Shown piece by piece: positions 16,194-25,780 of a stretch of DNA of 64,000 nucleotides (its first letter is position 1; each line of letters opens with the position of its first letter). The position numbers were made by a program, and so were the translations under genes. The notes below the pieces were generated by a model. It saw nothing but the letters and a program-made list of their open reading frames with translations, had not been told where the DNA came from and ran no database searches. Location: positions 1-64,000 of the IMG/VR virus record IMGVR_UViG_3300028800_000071; one strand, given 5' to 3'. This stretch comes from a virus.

Positions 16194-17945
16194 ATGGACT
16201 TACTCGCTTACCGAGCGTCGATTGCGAGGCTGCAATCGTCGCGCTGGACGCCGCGTCAGAAGCGCCTCAACGCGCTCTCTCTCATTCTGCGCGGCGCCCA
16301 ATACTCGCATATCCGAGCGGCTTTCTCACAAGAGCGTAAGGGCGACCCCTTCACAGGCCAACGCCTCCTGCTCGACGATCGCCGCCCGGCCGTGCAAGCT
16401 CGGTTGCCGAAGGAGGCCGTGCGTGATCTGTGCGGCCTCATCTTCGGCGAAGATCGCCGGCCGCTCGTGCTCGTCAAAGACGACGAACAGCAAGACAACA
16501 AGCAAAAGAAGGCGACGGCCGACGGCGAAGGCGCAGCGCCAAGCCCGCCGCCGTCCGATCCCACCGAGGATTGGATCACCGCCTTCATCCACGACACCAA
16601 GTTTTGGCTCACGCTGCTCGATGCGCTCTGGAAGGGCTCCGTCGGATCGGCCGCGATCGTGCTGCGCGTACTCGGCAAAGAGAAAGCCGTCAACGCGGAA
16701 GTCGATGGCGAAGTCGTGCAGACGTACGAAGCCGATGGCGCCGGTCATTATTATTTTGAAGTGTGGCGCGGCGAGGAATGCTCGCCGATCTTCCGCACCG
16801 ACGATCCCGATATGCTCCAAACGCTCGAACGGCGGTACTTCATCGCCGACGATGCGTTGCGTGCGCAAGGCTACGACGTTGATGCGCTCAAAGAGAAGTG
16901 GAAGAAGAAAGCCAAGCGCAACCGATCGCCATTAGTCGGCGACGAGTGGGCGGTTCGCATTGTGCTCACGGCCACCGAGGAGCAATGGTATCTGCCGGTT
17001 CCGCGGCACGTGTACGAGCGCACCGATTGGAAAGATACCGATTGGGCGCTCGATAACGGACGCTCGTTCATGCACGAGCTCGATGAAGTGCCGGCCGAGT
17101 GGGTTGTGCCGCTTCCGATCGACGCCGACGAGCTCTATCCCGACGGCGCGTGTCTGTTCGAGGATTGCATCGATCCCGAGTTTCGCCTCAATCGCACGTA
17201 CTCGCAGGTCGGCCGTGCATTCGACTACAGCGGCGATCCGCAAATGTCACGGCTGCGTGACGAGAAGGGCGGCGTCCCGCGCTCGCAGTTCGGCACCGCA
17301 ACGGCGCTCGGCGGCACCGCATCCGACGTTCTTGAAGGCGATGCCAAGTTTGTCGAGATCACCGGCCAAGGTTTAGAGATTGCGATCGGCACGTACGCCG
17401 AAGCCGTGGTCGATCTCGGGAAACGCGCCGCGGCCATGAGCAGAGTGACGCCGAACTCTAAGACCGGCGCTTCGCTCGAGCTTTCGTCGGCGGCGATGAA
17501 GTTTCTCAACAGTTCGCAACTGACGCTCGCCGGCATCCTGCGCGAAACCGCAGCGGAGAAGCCCGGCGATCGGATGCTGCGGCTTGCCATGCGTATGTGG
17601 GATAAGGTCACGGTGGCGTTGCCGTCGCTGCAAAAGCCGGTCAAGCCAGATCCCGAAGCTCGCTTTGAGTGGCAATGGCCGGCGTACTACGAGCCACACG
17701 GCCAAGAGAAAGTCTTTGAGGTACAGGCGATCAACACGGCCAAAGAAGGCCAACTGATCTCAAGCCAAACGTCTGTCGGCAATGCCGCACCGTTGTTCGA
17801 CGTAACGGACCCCGATCGCGAAGCCGAACTCATCCAAGGCGACACCGAACAGGCGAACGCCGATGAAGTGATGCAAGCCGATGCGCTCGGCGAAGTGCAA
17901 GCCAAACACGCAGTAAAGCCTGGCGCCGGTGATGGCGCCAAATAG
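16194..17945 (+). CDS. portal protein
   Basis: 583 aa between terminase and scaffold/capsid; GRAFDYSGDPQ, SSAAMK, WQWPAYY and LISSQT match portal patterns. Confidence 0.8.
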   Translation: MDLLAYRASIARLQSSRWTPRQKRLNALSLILRGAQYSHIRAAFSQERKGDPFTGQRLLLDDRRPAVQARLPKEAVRDLCGLIFGEDRRPLVLVKDDEQQDNKQKKATADGEGAAPSPPPSDPTEDWITAFIHDTKFWLTLLDALWKGSVGSAAIVLRVLGKEKAVNAEVDGEVVQTYEADGAGHYYFEVWRGEECSPIFRTDDPDMLQTLERRYFIADDALRAQGYDVDALKEKWKKKAKRNRSPLVGDEWAVRIVLTATEEQWYLPVPRHVYERTDWKDTDWALDNGRSFMHELDEVPAEWVVPLPIDADELYPDGACLFEDCIDPEFRLNRTYSQVGRAFDYSGDPQMSRLRDEKGGVPRSQFGTATALGGTASDVLEGDAKFVEITGQGLEIAIGTYAEAVVDLGKRAAAMSRVTPNSKTGASLELSSAAMKFLNSSQLTLAGILRETAAEKPGDRMLRLAMRMWDKVTVALPSLQKPVKPDPEARFEWQWPAYYEPHGQEKVFEVQAINTAKEGQLISSQTSVGNAAPLFDVTDPDREAELIQGDTEQANADEVMQADALGEVQAKHAVKPGAGDGAK

Positions 17946-17947
17946 GA

Positions 17948-18928
17948 GTGATTCCTTTGTTCCACGATCTGCAAGCAATGTTTAGCAAATGTTTTATCCG
18001 ACCGTCGATTATCAAACGTCTCAACGACCGCTTCTTAGGACCGACGTTGCCTCCGTGGCAGTTGGCGATCTTCGACGGTGAAGGTGGGGACGGCGGTGGC
18101 AATGGCGGCGACGGTGGCGCCGGTGACGGCGGCGCTGGTGCTGGTGATGGCGGCGCAGGGGCCGGTGCCGGTGATGCCGGTGCGGGCGCTGGTGCTGGTG
18201 CAGGCGACGGTGGCGCAGCCAGCGGTGCAGCCGCAACGCGTTCTAAGGAGCGCACCAATAACGGCGATGACCGCGGCCGCGATCGCAACGATCGAGGCAA
18301 TGGTGGCGGCACAGCCCGCGACAACGACGGCCGATTCACCAACGAAGAAGTGCAACGCGCCAATCAGCGCATCGCCGAGCTCAACGAAGAAAACAAAAAC
18401 CGGCGCATCGAAGCGCGCGAGCTCAAAACCGAAAATGGTCTCTTGCGTACGCGCGCCATCCACGAAGATGCCAGCCGCGCCGTTATGGCCGCAGGAGCGG
18501 TGAGCGAACGCATCGTCGATATGTTCCTCGAAGATATGGGCGAGGCGATAACGCTCGACAAGAAAACCGGCCGGACCGTCGGGCTCGAGAAACTCGGCGA
18601 TTGGAAGAAGGCCAACGCGGCCTTATTCAAACCCGAAACCGAAGGCGGCGACGGTGCCGGCGACGGCAACAACGGTGGTGCCGCAGCTGGTGCTGGTGAC
18701 GGCGGCAACAACAACCAGCAACGAACCAATCGCACGTCCAACGGTGCCTCTCGCGGCGCCGGCGCGGGCGATCAAGGTGGCGGCGGCCGCGAAGGCCTCC
18801 CCGATCTCACAAAACTTGGTACTCCCGCCGAACGTAAGCAGGCTCTCCGCGATTGGAAGCGCGGCTTGCGTGGCGGTGGTGGCGGCGGCTACGGTGGTGG
18901 TCGCGCTTCATCCAACAAAGCCTCGTAG
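17948..18928 (+). CDS. capsid scaffolding protein with N-terminal LAIFD motif
   Basis: Gly/Asp low-complexity tracts, coiled coil IAELNEENKNRRIE, WKKANAALF; position before the capsid gene; start codon uncertain. Confidence 0.8.
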   Translation: MIPLFHDLQAMFSKCFIRPSIIKRLNDRFLGPTLPPWQLAIFDGEGGDGGGNGGDGGAGDGGAGAGDGGAGAGAGDAGAGAGAGAGDGGAASGAAATRSKERTNNGDDRGRDRNDRGNGGGTARDNDGRFTNEEVQRANQRIAELNEENKNRRIEARELKTENGLLRTRAIHEDASRAVMAAGAVSERIVDMFLEDMGEAITLDKKTGRTVGLEKLGDWKKANAALFKPETEGGDGAGDGNNGGAAAGAGDGGNNNQQRTNRTSNGASRGAGAGDQGGGGREGLPDLTKLGTPAERKQALRDWKRGLRGGGGGGYGGGRASSNKAS

Positions 18929-19071
18929 CTTTTCCCGTAGGCGTTGACGCCTGCCATCGGTCCCTTAGTCCCGAAACCGCGTGACGCGAGTGTGAAGGGG
19001 CATTTCGATCGGCACCGCGCGATGCGGAGTACGCCGGTTCTGCTTCTCCCCCATAAGGAAACGCGACAATC

Positions 19072-20577
19072 ATGCGCGGACAGAATCAACGCAACGTCGT
19101 CGTGCTGCCCGATTACCGCTTGGCGATCTTCGATATCGCGGATCTGCCCTCGCAGTTGCAGCCGATGCTTCAGGCGGGCTTTCTCGCCACGTCGTTCGAA
19201 GATTATCTGGAAGCACACAACGGTTATTGGGAAGGCGTCGATGACGAATCGTTCGCCGAATCCATCTTCGAAAAGAACCGTGGTGTGACGATCACCCGCA
19301 CCCGCCCCGGCCTCAAAGCGCCGGTCGTGGTTGCGGCCGACCCCGTTCAGGCGCAAACGCCGCCAAACGATGGCGTTACGCCGTCGGACTTCTACGTTGA
19401 GCAATACACCTTCGCGCCGTTCGAGCTCACGGACGGCATCGATCTCGATCTCATCGGTACGAACTTCGCTATCGTCGATCGCTTCGAGCACGACGTGCGC
19501 GTGTCGTATCACCAGGGCGTGCAATCGGTCGATCTGCTCGCTCGCGACACGTACCTGGCTGCCTACGGCGCCGCGTACACCGTCCTCACCGGCAATATCT
19601 CCGGTGCCATCATCCCGGTTGACGATATCCGTGGCTTCACCACGGTCATCACCGTCGGCCCGGGCGGCACCAACGGCGTATTGACGGCCGTTTCCAGCGG
19701 CGTCCCGCTGCCGTGCTTCATCTACGTCGGCGGCGATCCGACCAACGTCAAGACGTGCAACGTCACGCTTGCCGCTGCGGACGTGACCAACGTTTCCAAC
19801 TACGTGCCCTACGGTGCGCCGTACGGTACGCCGGGAGCGCCGACGGCCGCACGCGGCAACGGCGTCTCGGGTCACCTTACGCTCGCGAGCATCCAGGGCG
19901 GCTACTCGCCGGTCACGGGTGACGTGATCGTTGCGGGTGACGCGCCGATCCAACTGTTCGCAGGCGGCAGCACCCACTTCTCGCAAGTGACCGGCGGCAT
20001 TTCGCAGAGCAACGTGCTCGATGCAACCGGCTACTTGGAGAACAACGCGGTGCCGCATTCGCGCAACGCCGGCGGTGACGACGAAGGCACGTACGTCTGC
20101 CATGTCGCGCCGTCGATCAATCGGCAACTGTTTGCCGATCCCGACTTCAAGCAGGCGAATCAGACGCTCGGGAAATCGGATATCTACCAGCAGGGTGTGG
20201 TATCGCGGTATTGCGGCGTCACGTTCCTCAAGAACACGAACGCTCCGCGTATCGCTCTTGCGCCGTACGGTGGCAAGGGCTACGCCTACGCAACGGTCAT
20301 CGCCGGTCAAGGCGCCCTGATCGATGCGTGGTACGAGGGCCTCGTCGATTGGGTGGAATCCGCATTCCAGCCTGGTCTCGTCGAGCTCAATCGTGGCATC
20401 GCTCAGATCCTCATGCCGGCATACGCCGATCGTCAGGGTCGCCGGATGCACATCGATTGGCTCACGATCCGCGATATGGTCGCGCCGACCGACGTCACCC
20501 GCTCGTCCGTGATTCTCACGGGCACCGGCGGCCGTCGCGCTCGTGCGGTCATCATCTGGAGCTGGTCGGCAACCTAA
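19072..20577 (+). CDS. major capsid protein
   Basis: 501 aa after scaffold, AAGGA RBS, followed by a terminator; QLFADPDF...GVVSRYCGVTF. Confidence 0.85.
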   Translation: MRGQNQRNVVVLPDYRLAIFDIADLPSQLQPMLQAGFLATSFEDYLEAHNGYWEGVDDESFAESIFEKNRGVTITRTRPGLKAPVVVAADPVQAQTPPNDGVTPSDFYVEQYTFAPFELTDGIDLDLIGTNFAIVDRFEHDVRVSYHQGVQSVDLLARDTYLAAYGAAYTVLTGNISGAIIPVDDIRGFTTVITVGPGGTNGVLTAVSSGVPLPCFIYVGGDPTNVKTCNVTLAAADVTNVSNYVPYGAPYGTPGAPTAARGNGVSGHLTLASIQGGYSPVTGDVIVAGDAPIQLFAGGSTHFSQVTGGISQSNVLDATGYLENNAVPHSRNAGGDDEGTYVCHVAPSINRQLFADPDFKQANQTLGKSDIYQQGVVSRYCGVTFLKNTNAPRIALAPYGGKGYAYATVIAGQGALIDAWYEGLVDWVESAFQPGLVELNRGIAQILMPAYADRQGRRMHIDWLTIRDMVAPTDVTRSSVILTGTGGRRARAVIIWSWSAT

Positions 20578-20593
20578 ACCCTGCGATTAACCT

Positions 20594-20628
20594 AAAAGGG
20601 CGGGGCGAGTGATTCGCTCCGCCCTTTA
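20594..20628 (+). terminator. terminator hairpin after the capsid gene
   Basis: AAAGGGCGGGGCGA-GTGAT-TCGCTCCGCCCTTT. Confidence 0.7.
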
Positions 20629-20644
20629 GTTCAGGAGAGATTCC

Positions 20645-21001
20645 TTGACGACCAAACAAAACTTCGGCAAGCAGCCGAAGCTGGACGACCGGCAAGATTC
20701 GCCGCCAGCCGCCGATCAGCGGCCGCAAGAAGGCCGTGGCGATGAGATTGAAAAGCGCGCAGCGCAGACCGATCGAACGGCCAAGACTGCCGTGCAGGTC
20801 GCAAACGGTTCCAACGTACGGCGCGATCGCATTGCGCCACGGGAAAAAGTCTACATTGTCGACGAACTCGTCGAGCGATCGGTGATGGCCGGCTACACCA
20901 CGGTGGTCTTTCGGCCGAACCAAGTGCTTCAAGAGGTCAGGGACAAACGCCAGATCTCCTTGGCGCAAGCCAATAACATTCGGTTACGCGAAAGGGACTA
21001 G
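20645..21001 (+). CDS. hypothetical head-associated protein
   Basis: AGGAGA RBS, TTG start; position. Confidence 0.6.
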   Translation: MTTKQNFGKQPKLDDRQDSPPAADQRPQEGRGDEIEKRAAQTDRTAKTAVQVANGSNVRRDRIAPREKVYIVDELVERSVMAGYTTVVFRPNQVLQEVRDKRQISLAQANNIRLRERD

Positions 21002-21007
21002 CGCACG

Positions 21008-21853
21008 ATGGCGATCTCGCAAACGCAAATGGCCGAGGTCGCACGCATACTCGGTTTCCCGAACCTTTCACCGCAAACGTCGCTCAACATGGAATACCCG
21101 ACGTTCTCGTCGCAGTTCGCCGTGTTTCAGCCGTACGCGCAACTGCTCAACCGTCTAGCAGGAGCATCCGACGCCGATGAAGTTCAGTATTTCGGGGCCG
21201 AATCTACGAAGTTCGCTTCCTTCTTCACACCGTCTCAGATCGTCCTCACGTTTAGCGGCCCCGGCCCAACGACCGGCGTTATCATCCGCATCAACCTTGG
21301 CGGCAACCAATACGAATATACGGTCAACGATAGCGATACATACGCTTCTATCGCCGCCGCCTTTTCGGCTTCGTTAGCGGACGATCCGCAAGGCTCGGCG
21401 CTCTTTCTTCCCAACGCCGTTGGCCCCGCGCTCGGCCTCTACAACGTCGCCGCCGTCGGAACGGACGGCAATGGCGTGCAATGTATGGCCGGCTCGACCG
21501 ATACGAGCGTCCTGGTATCGTTCGGCGGCGCGGCAGCGCAGTTCGCGGCCGGCGCCACGTCCGGTGGCCAGGTGCCGCCCGGTCCGCAGTTCACGGCGAT
21601 CACCGGCGCACAAAAAGGCCAGGTCGTCTTTGGCTTCGTGCCGATCATTCATTTGCTCGAATCCGATCTCGTCAACGCTCGCGCAAACCTTGATACGCTA
21701 AGTGCCGAAGCCTGGCACCCGCGCCAGGACGAGCTCGACGTGCGCAAGGCGCTGCTCGACAAGTACCGGATCGATCTCGCCAACGGCCTCGCCGTGCCGA
21801 TCGACCCCGATATCATGGGTAACAACAGCCGCGGCTCGCAGCGCATCGTATGA
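21008..21853 (+). CDS. putative head-tail adaptor
   Basis: Position; C-terminal NLDT.SAEAW...EL..R..L...YR..LA..L.VP. Confidence 0.6.
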   Translation: MAISQTQMAEVARILGFPNLSPQTSLNMEYPTFSSQFAVFQPYAQLLNRLAGASDADEVQYFGAESTKFASFFTPSQIVLTFSGPGPTTGVIIRINLGGNQYEYTVNDSDTYASIAAAFSASLADDPQGSALFLPNAVGPALGLYNVAAVGTDGNGVQCMAGSTDTSVLVSFGGAAAQFAAGATSGGQVPPGPQFTAITGAQKGQVVFGFVPIIHLLESDLVNARANLDTLSAEAWHPRQDELDVRKALLDKYRIDLANGLAVPIDPDIMGNNSRGSQRIV

Positions 21854-22647
21854 GCTCGACGCGGATCGAGTATCTCGACAGCAAGATTCAATACGGGCGC
21901 GGCAAGGCCGCAACCGTTTACGGCCAGACGTTCAATATCTACCGGCTCACCAATCAGAGCGGCTCGATACTCGATGGCCATCCGATCTTTGCCGACTTTC
22001 CGCTCTCGCCGATCAAGACCGGCAAAGGTAAGGTCGAGAACCAAGTTTACGACCTGCAAATCTTCGACGCGGCGTTCGACAACACGCTACTCAAGCTCGG
22101 CGACTACTTCGTCGAGGTCGGGCAGTTTGACGATCGCGAACCCGATCACCTGATCTTTGCGCAACGCCGACCTTTCCGTGGCCGCTCGCTCATGATTCGG
22201 TGTGAATCGAACGTTACGATCACGCGACCGCAGCCGCTCGGCGGTGGCTCTGGCCAACAGCCGCGTTCTGGCGGCATTCGTGCCCCCGGCTATATCGGCA
22301 TCACGAAAAAGAACGAGCGCGGGATGCTGCTCGCCAACGGAATGTACTTTTTCAGCAACTCGCTCGTCACGACGCCGATCGCCAACTCCGAAGCGTCGGG
22401 GTTGGCGGCGGTGCCGGCGGCGCTGTTGCAACTCAATCGCATTCGCGATGCTACGATCCCGAAGTTGCCCGTGTCGCTCTTTCGCGAGCATTTTGTCATC
22501 TATATCCCGCCGCTCAATGGCATCATGCTACAGGAGCTCGATCGGTTGAACTTCCAGAACTCGGACCGCTACGAGATCGGCTCGCTCTTTCTGAGCGAAG
22601 AAGGCTTCGTCGGCAACATTGCGATCTGCGAGAAGCTCGGCACGTGA
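21850..22647 (+). CDS. putative head closure or neck protein
   Basis: Position; KIQYGRGKAA...FNIYR, DRYEI. Confidence 0.6.
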   Translation: MSSTRIEYLDSKIQYGRGKAATVYGQTFNIYRLTNQSGSILDGHPIFADFPLSPIKTGKGKVENQVYDLQIFDAAFDNTLLKLGDYFVEVGQFDDREPDHLIFAQRRPFRGRSLMIRCESNVTITRPQPLGGGSGQQPRSGGIRAPGYIGITKKNERGMLLANGMYFFSNSLVTTPIANSEASGLAAVPAALLQLNRIRDATIPKLPVSLFREHFVIYIPPLNGIMLQELDRLNFQNSDRYEIGSLFLSEEGFVGNIAICEKLGT

Positions 22648-23105
22648 CGGAGTTTAAGTACGTGCAGCGCGCCGGCGGTGATGCGCCGGCGCCAGCACAG
22701 AAGCCGCCAACGAGCAAGGTGATTGCACCCGGCCCGCGGCCGACGGCGATCATCGCTGACGATTCGGGGCCGACGCGCCGTCGCTTCCTTAGTCTGCTCA
22801 CGCTCTGCGGCGTACAAGTGATCGACCAAGCAACGTCGGGGCAAGAGGCGCTCTGGAAGTGCCGTAAGATGAAACCGCAGATCGCCGTGCTCGACGTAGC
22901 GATGCCGCCTGGCAGCGGGTACGACACGGCGTTGAAGTTGGCCGATAGCCAGATCGTGCCGCATATCATCGTGGTTTCGTCCAACTCGCAAGGGATGGTT
23001 TTCGAACCGTTACGCAAGGCCGGCGTCATGCTGCTCACCAAGCCGGTCAACGACGATCAGTTCATCAAAGAGATAAAGGCGATGATAGCCGATGGCAACG
23101 CTTGA
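22644..23105 (+). CDS. single-domain response regulator (CheY-like receiver)
   Basis: IIADDS acidic pocket, LDVAMP phospho-acceptor, IIVVSS, LTKPV. Confidence 0.88.
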   Translation: MTEFKYVQRAGGDAPAPAQKPPTSKVIAPGPRPTAIIADDSGPTRRRFLSLLTLCGVQVIDQATSGQEALWKCRKMKPQIAVLDVAMPPGSGYDTALKLADSQIVPHIIVVSSNSQGMVFEPLRKAGVMLLTKPVNDDQFIKEIKAMIADGNA

Positions 23106-23991
23106 CGAAGTAGTCGAACAAACCGTTGACACCGTGCTTGCCACGCTCAACGCAGCTGGCGGCGCCAACATACTCGGCGCCGATCCTGCGAACCCGACCG
23201 GGCCGGCGATCTATCGGTGGGTTGCCAATCCGCCGTTTCAATGCGGCTACGGTTGGCCGTACGGACAAGCGTTATCGGAGATCCTCGGGCAGTACCAAGC
23301 GCAAGTGACGGTGTGGCCGCTCGCCGACGCCATGCGCAACGTCACCGATCGAATGCTCTCCTGGAAGTTCGCCGGCGCGGCGCCGGTGGGGCTCAACGTA
23401 AGCTATTCGTGGCTCGACAACGGCAACGTGATTCTCACGTTCGTCGGCAGCGGCGGCGGCTTGAACGTCCATACGATCTTCGGCGAACCCGAGGTCGATG
23501 CGTACTACCTTACGCAAACAGCCGACGATACGAATGCGATCGCAACGGCGGTGATGACGCAGATCAACGCAACGGCGTTGGCCAACGGTCTCGGCGTAAC
23601 AGCGACGGCGGCGAACAATCAGGTTTTCGTCAACGGCGCGAGCAAGATCGTCGTCAATATCGGCGGCGCGATCACGATGAAGCAAGAATCGCGGCGCATG
23701 ATGTGCCCGATTCAAGTGACGGTGTGGGCCGAGGACCCCGACGTGCGCAACGCGATGGCCAAGCAGATCGAGGCAGGGCTCGGGCTTGGCAGCCAACCGT
23801 TCTTGCCGCCGGTCAACGGCGAGCTCATTCGGTTCCGGTTGCAGCGCGGCCCGATTCCGAATGATCTGTCGCAATCGTCGTACTCGCTCTACATAGCGAA
23901 CATAATCTTTGAGGCCACGTACCCGACGTTCGACGTTGCGATGGGCGCAACGATCGGGGCCGTCGAAACTACAATCTCTCAAGAGGTCTGA
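23092..23991 (+). CDS. putative tail terminator or neck protein
   Basis: Position; YGWP, QVTVWA...RNAM, YSLY...FEATYPT. Confidence 0.6.
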   Translation: MATLDEVVEQTVDTVLATLNAAGGANILGADPANPTGPAIYRWVANPPFQCGYGWPYGQALSEILGQYQAQVTVWPLADAMRNVTDRMLSWKFAGAAPVGLNVSYSWLDNGNVILTFVGSGGGLNVHTIFGEPEVDAYYLTQTADDTNAIATAVMTQINATALANGLGVTATAANNQVFVNGASKIVVNIGGAITMKQESRRMMCPIQVTVWAEDPDVRNAMAKQIEAGLGLGSQPFLPPVNGELIRFRLQRGPIPNDLSQSSYSLYIANIIFEATYPTFDVAMGATIGAVETTISQEV

Positions 23992-23994
23992 TCA

Positions 23995-25521
23995 ATGGCC
24001 ATGAATTGGCTTGGGACTTTTCTCACCGGCGGCGCAGGCAAGAACGTCATTCAGACGGTTGATCCGAACGTCGATATGGCTTCGATCGGCATCTTCAACG
24101 TTGCGCGCTACGGCATGAACCCGACGGCGGCGCCAGCCGCGAACCGCCTGGCGCTGCTACAAGCCGTCCAGGATGCGCTCTCGGTTGGCGGTAAGGTGTA
24201 TGTCCCAGGCGCGCTCAAGTTCTACCACACGAGCGGCGCCCCGATCGTGATCAGTTCCGGCCAGCCGATTCAGTTGGTTGGCGACGGTGCCGGTTCGGTC
24301 ATCACCAAAGACGACGGTGGCGATCTCTTTCAGTTCGAGAACTACTCGGGCTCTCCGAGCGGCGCGACGATCTCCGATCTCGTGCTGCGCTATACGAACG
24401 TCGAGAGCGGCGGCGGCAACGCCATCTATGCGGCCGGCGCGCAGTTGGTGATCGCCGAACGCGTGTGGTTTCTCAACTGCCCGAGCGCGTACTTCATGGA
24501 CAACCGCTCGTTGCAATGCGGCATGGACAAATGCACGGTCGAGAACACCAAACAAAACAACAGCATTCAGATCGTGCTCAACGGCCCGCAAAACTTCTTG
24601 CGCCAGACGGTGATGCGCCAGCAGCCGATCGGCAGCGGTGGCCCCACCGGCACCACGGCTGTGCAACTGCTCGGCAACGCCTCGACGCTCGACGCCGTGC
24701 AAATGTCGGACTTCAACGTTGGTCTGGCGATCGGTCAAGGCGCCTTCCGTAACTACATATCGAAGATCTTCTCCGAGGCGTGGACGACGGCGCTGCTGAT
24801 CATGCCCGCCGGCAACAGCGGTCAAATCTTTAAGATCTACATTGCGCAATGCGACTTCGCGCAAACCAATAACTCGAACGTCACGACGGCCGGCGTCATT
24901 GTCGACCCGAACGGCGGTCCCGACACGAACCTCGAGGAAATCGAGTTCACGGCTTGCACGAGCGATGGCTGGATCGGCCCTGGCTGGCAACTCAACGGCG
25001 GCAAGATCAAGTTGATCGGCGGCGCGGGGCGCGGCAATGGCGGCGGCGGCTTCCTAGCAGCTGGCGGCTTCGCCAAGCTCCGAGGCTTCGATGCGCTCGG
25101 TGCGCAGGTCGGCGCATCCGCAACGCAACCGTACGGCTTGATGGCGTCCGGCGCAGGCGCAATCGACGCCGCAGCGTGCGATCTGCGCGGCAATCTCACG
25201 GGCGCGCTGCACAACACGTCGAGCGGCTCGGTGTTGCTCGACAACTGCCCAGGCTACACCGATCAGAATCTCGCTGTCGATCTTACGGGCTCGCCACCGG
25301 CATCCGGCAGCGCCTTCAAGGCGTCGCAGTTCGGCTACTTCGGCAAGAAGGCGGTGTTTGAGATCGCCGGCGGCACCGTCACGGCGATCAAGCGCGGTCC
25401 CAATCCGTCAACGCTCAAAGCCACCGGCAGAACGCTCGGTGATCTCGTGCTCGGCGAAAACGAGTATGGCGAGCTCGAGTATTCGGTGGCGCCGACAACT
25501 CTTTTCTTCGTCGGCCACTAA
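23995..25521 (+). CDS. right-handed beta-helix (pectate-lyase-like) protein, probable depolymerase
   Basis: FNVARYG...ALLQAVQDA...GGKVYVP...LVGDGAGSVI followed by G/N/hydrophobic coils. Confidence 0.75.
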   Translation: MAMNWLGTFLTGGAGKNVIQTVDPNVDMASIGIFNVARYGMNPTAAPAANRLALLQAVQDALSVGGKVYVPGALKFYHTSGAPIVISSGQPIQLVGDGAGSVITKDDGGDLFQFENYSGSPSGATISDLVLRYTNVESGGGNAIYAAGAQLVIAERVWFLNCPSAYFMDNRSLQCGMDKCTVENTKQNNSIQIVLNGPQNFLRQTVMRQQPIGSGGPTGTTAVQLLGNASTLDAVQMSDFNVGLAIGQGAFRNYISKIFSEAWTTALLIMPAGNSGQIFKIYIAQCDFAQTNNSNVTTAGVIVDPNGGPDTNLEEIEFTACTSDGWIGPGWQLNGGKIKLIGGAGRGNGGGGFLAAGGFAKLRGFDALGAQVGASATQPYGLMASGAGAIDAAACDLRGNLTGALHNTSSGSVLLDNCPGYTDQNLAVDLTGSPPASGSAFKASQFGYFGKKAVFEIAGGTVTAIKRGPNPSTLKATGRTLGDLVLGENEYGELEYSVAPTTLFFVGH

Positions 25522-25539
25522 CCAACGAAAGGTTGAACA

Positions 25540-25752
25540 ATGCCCGTAGACTACAGCTATCGCGTGCTCACCGTCGGCGTCCATATTCCAGAGAGTGGAA
25601 AGAGTTACGAACCTGGCGACGTGATTACGGGCGACGATGCTCGTGCCGTCGAGGCCGATGGAACGCTCTTAAAGCGTTGCGGCCGCATTGCGCCAACCGC
25701 GACGGCGGCGCCGGCCCCAGATCAGAAACCCGCCGATCCCGGCAGCAAGTAA
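25540..25752 (+). CDS. small pre-sheath protein
   Basis: YEPGDVIT motif; position. Confidence 0.6.
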   Translation: MPVDYSYRVLTVGVHIPESGKSYEPGDVITGDDARAVEADGTLLKRCGRIAPTATAAPAPDQKPADPGSK

Positions 25753-25780
25753 CAACACCCGGCTTTAGGGAGTTCTCGCA

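Noticed and set aside
18080-18235. Collagen-like or regulatory repeat
   Set aside because: GGCGCT/GGTGAC repeats simply encode the Gly/Ala/Asp linker of the scaffold, without a sustained Gly-X-Y period
18929-19071. tRNA or riboswitch between scaffold and capsid genes
   Set aside because: Only short hairpins were seen; no cloverleaf or recognisable aptamer could be supported by eye
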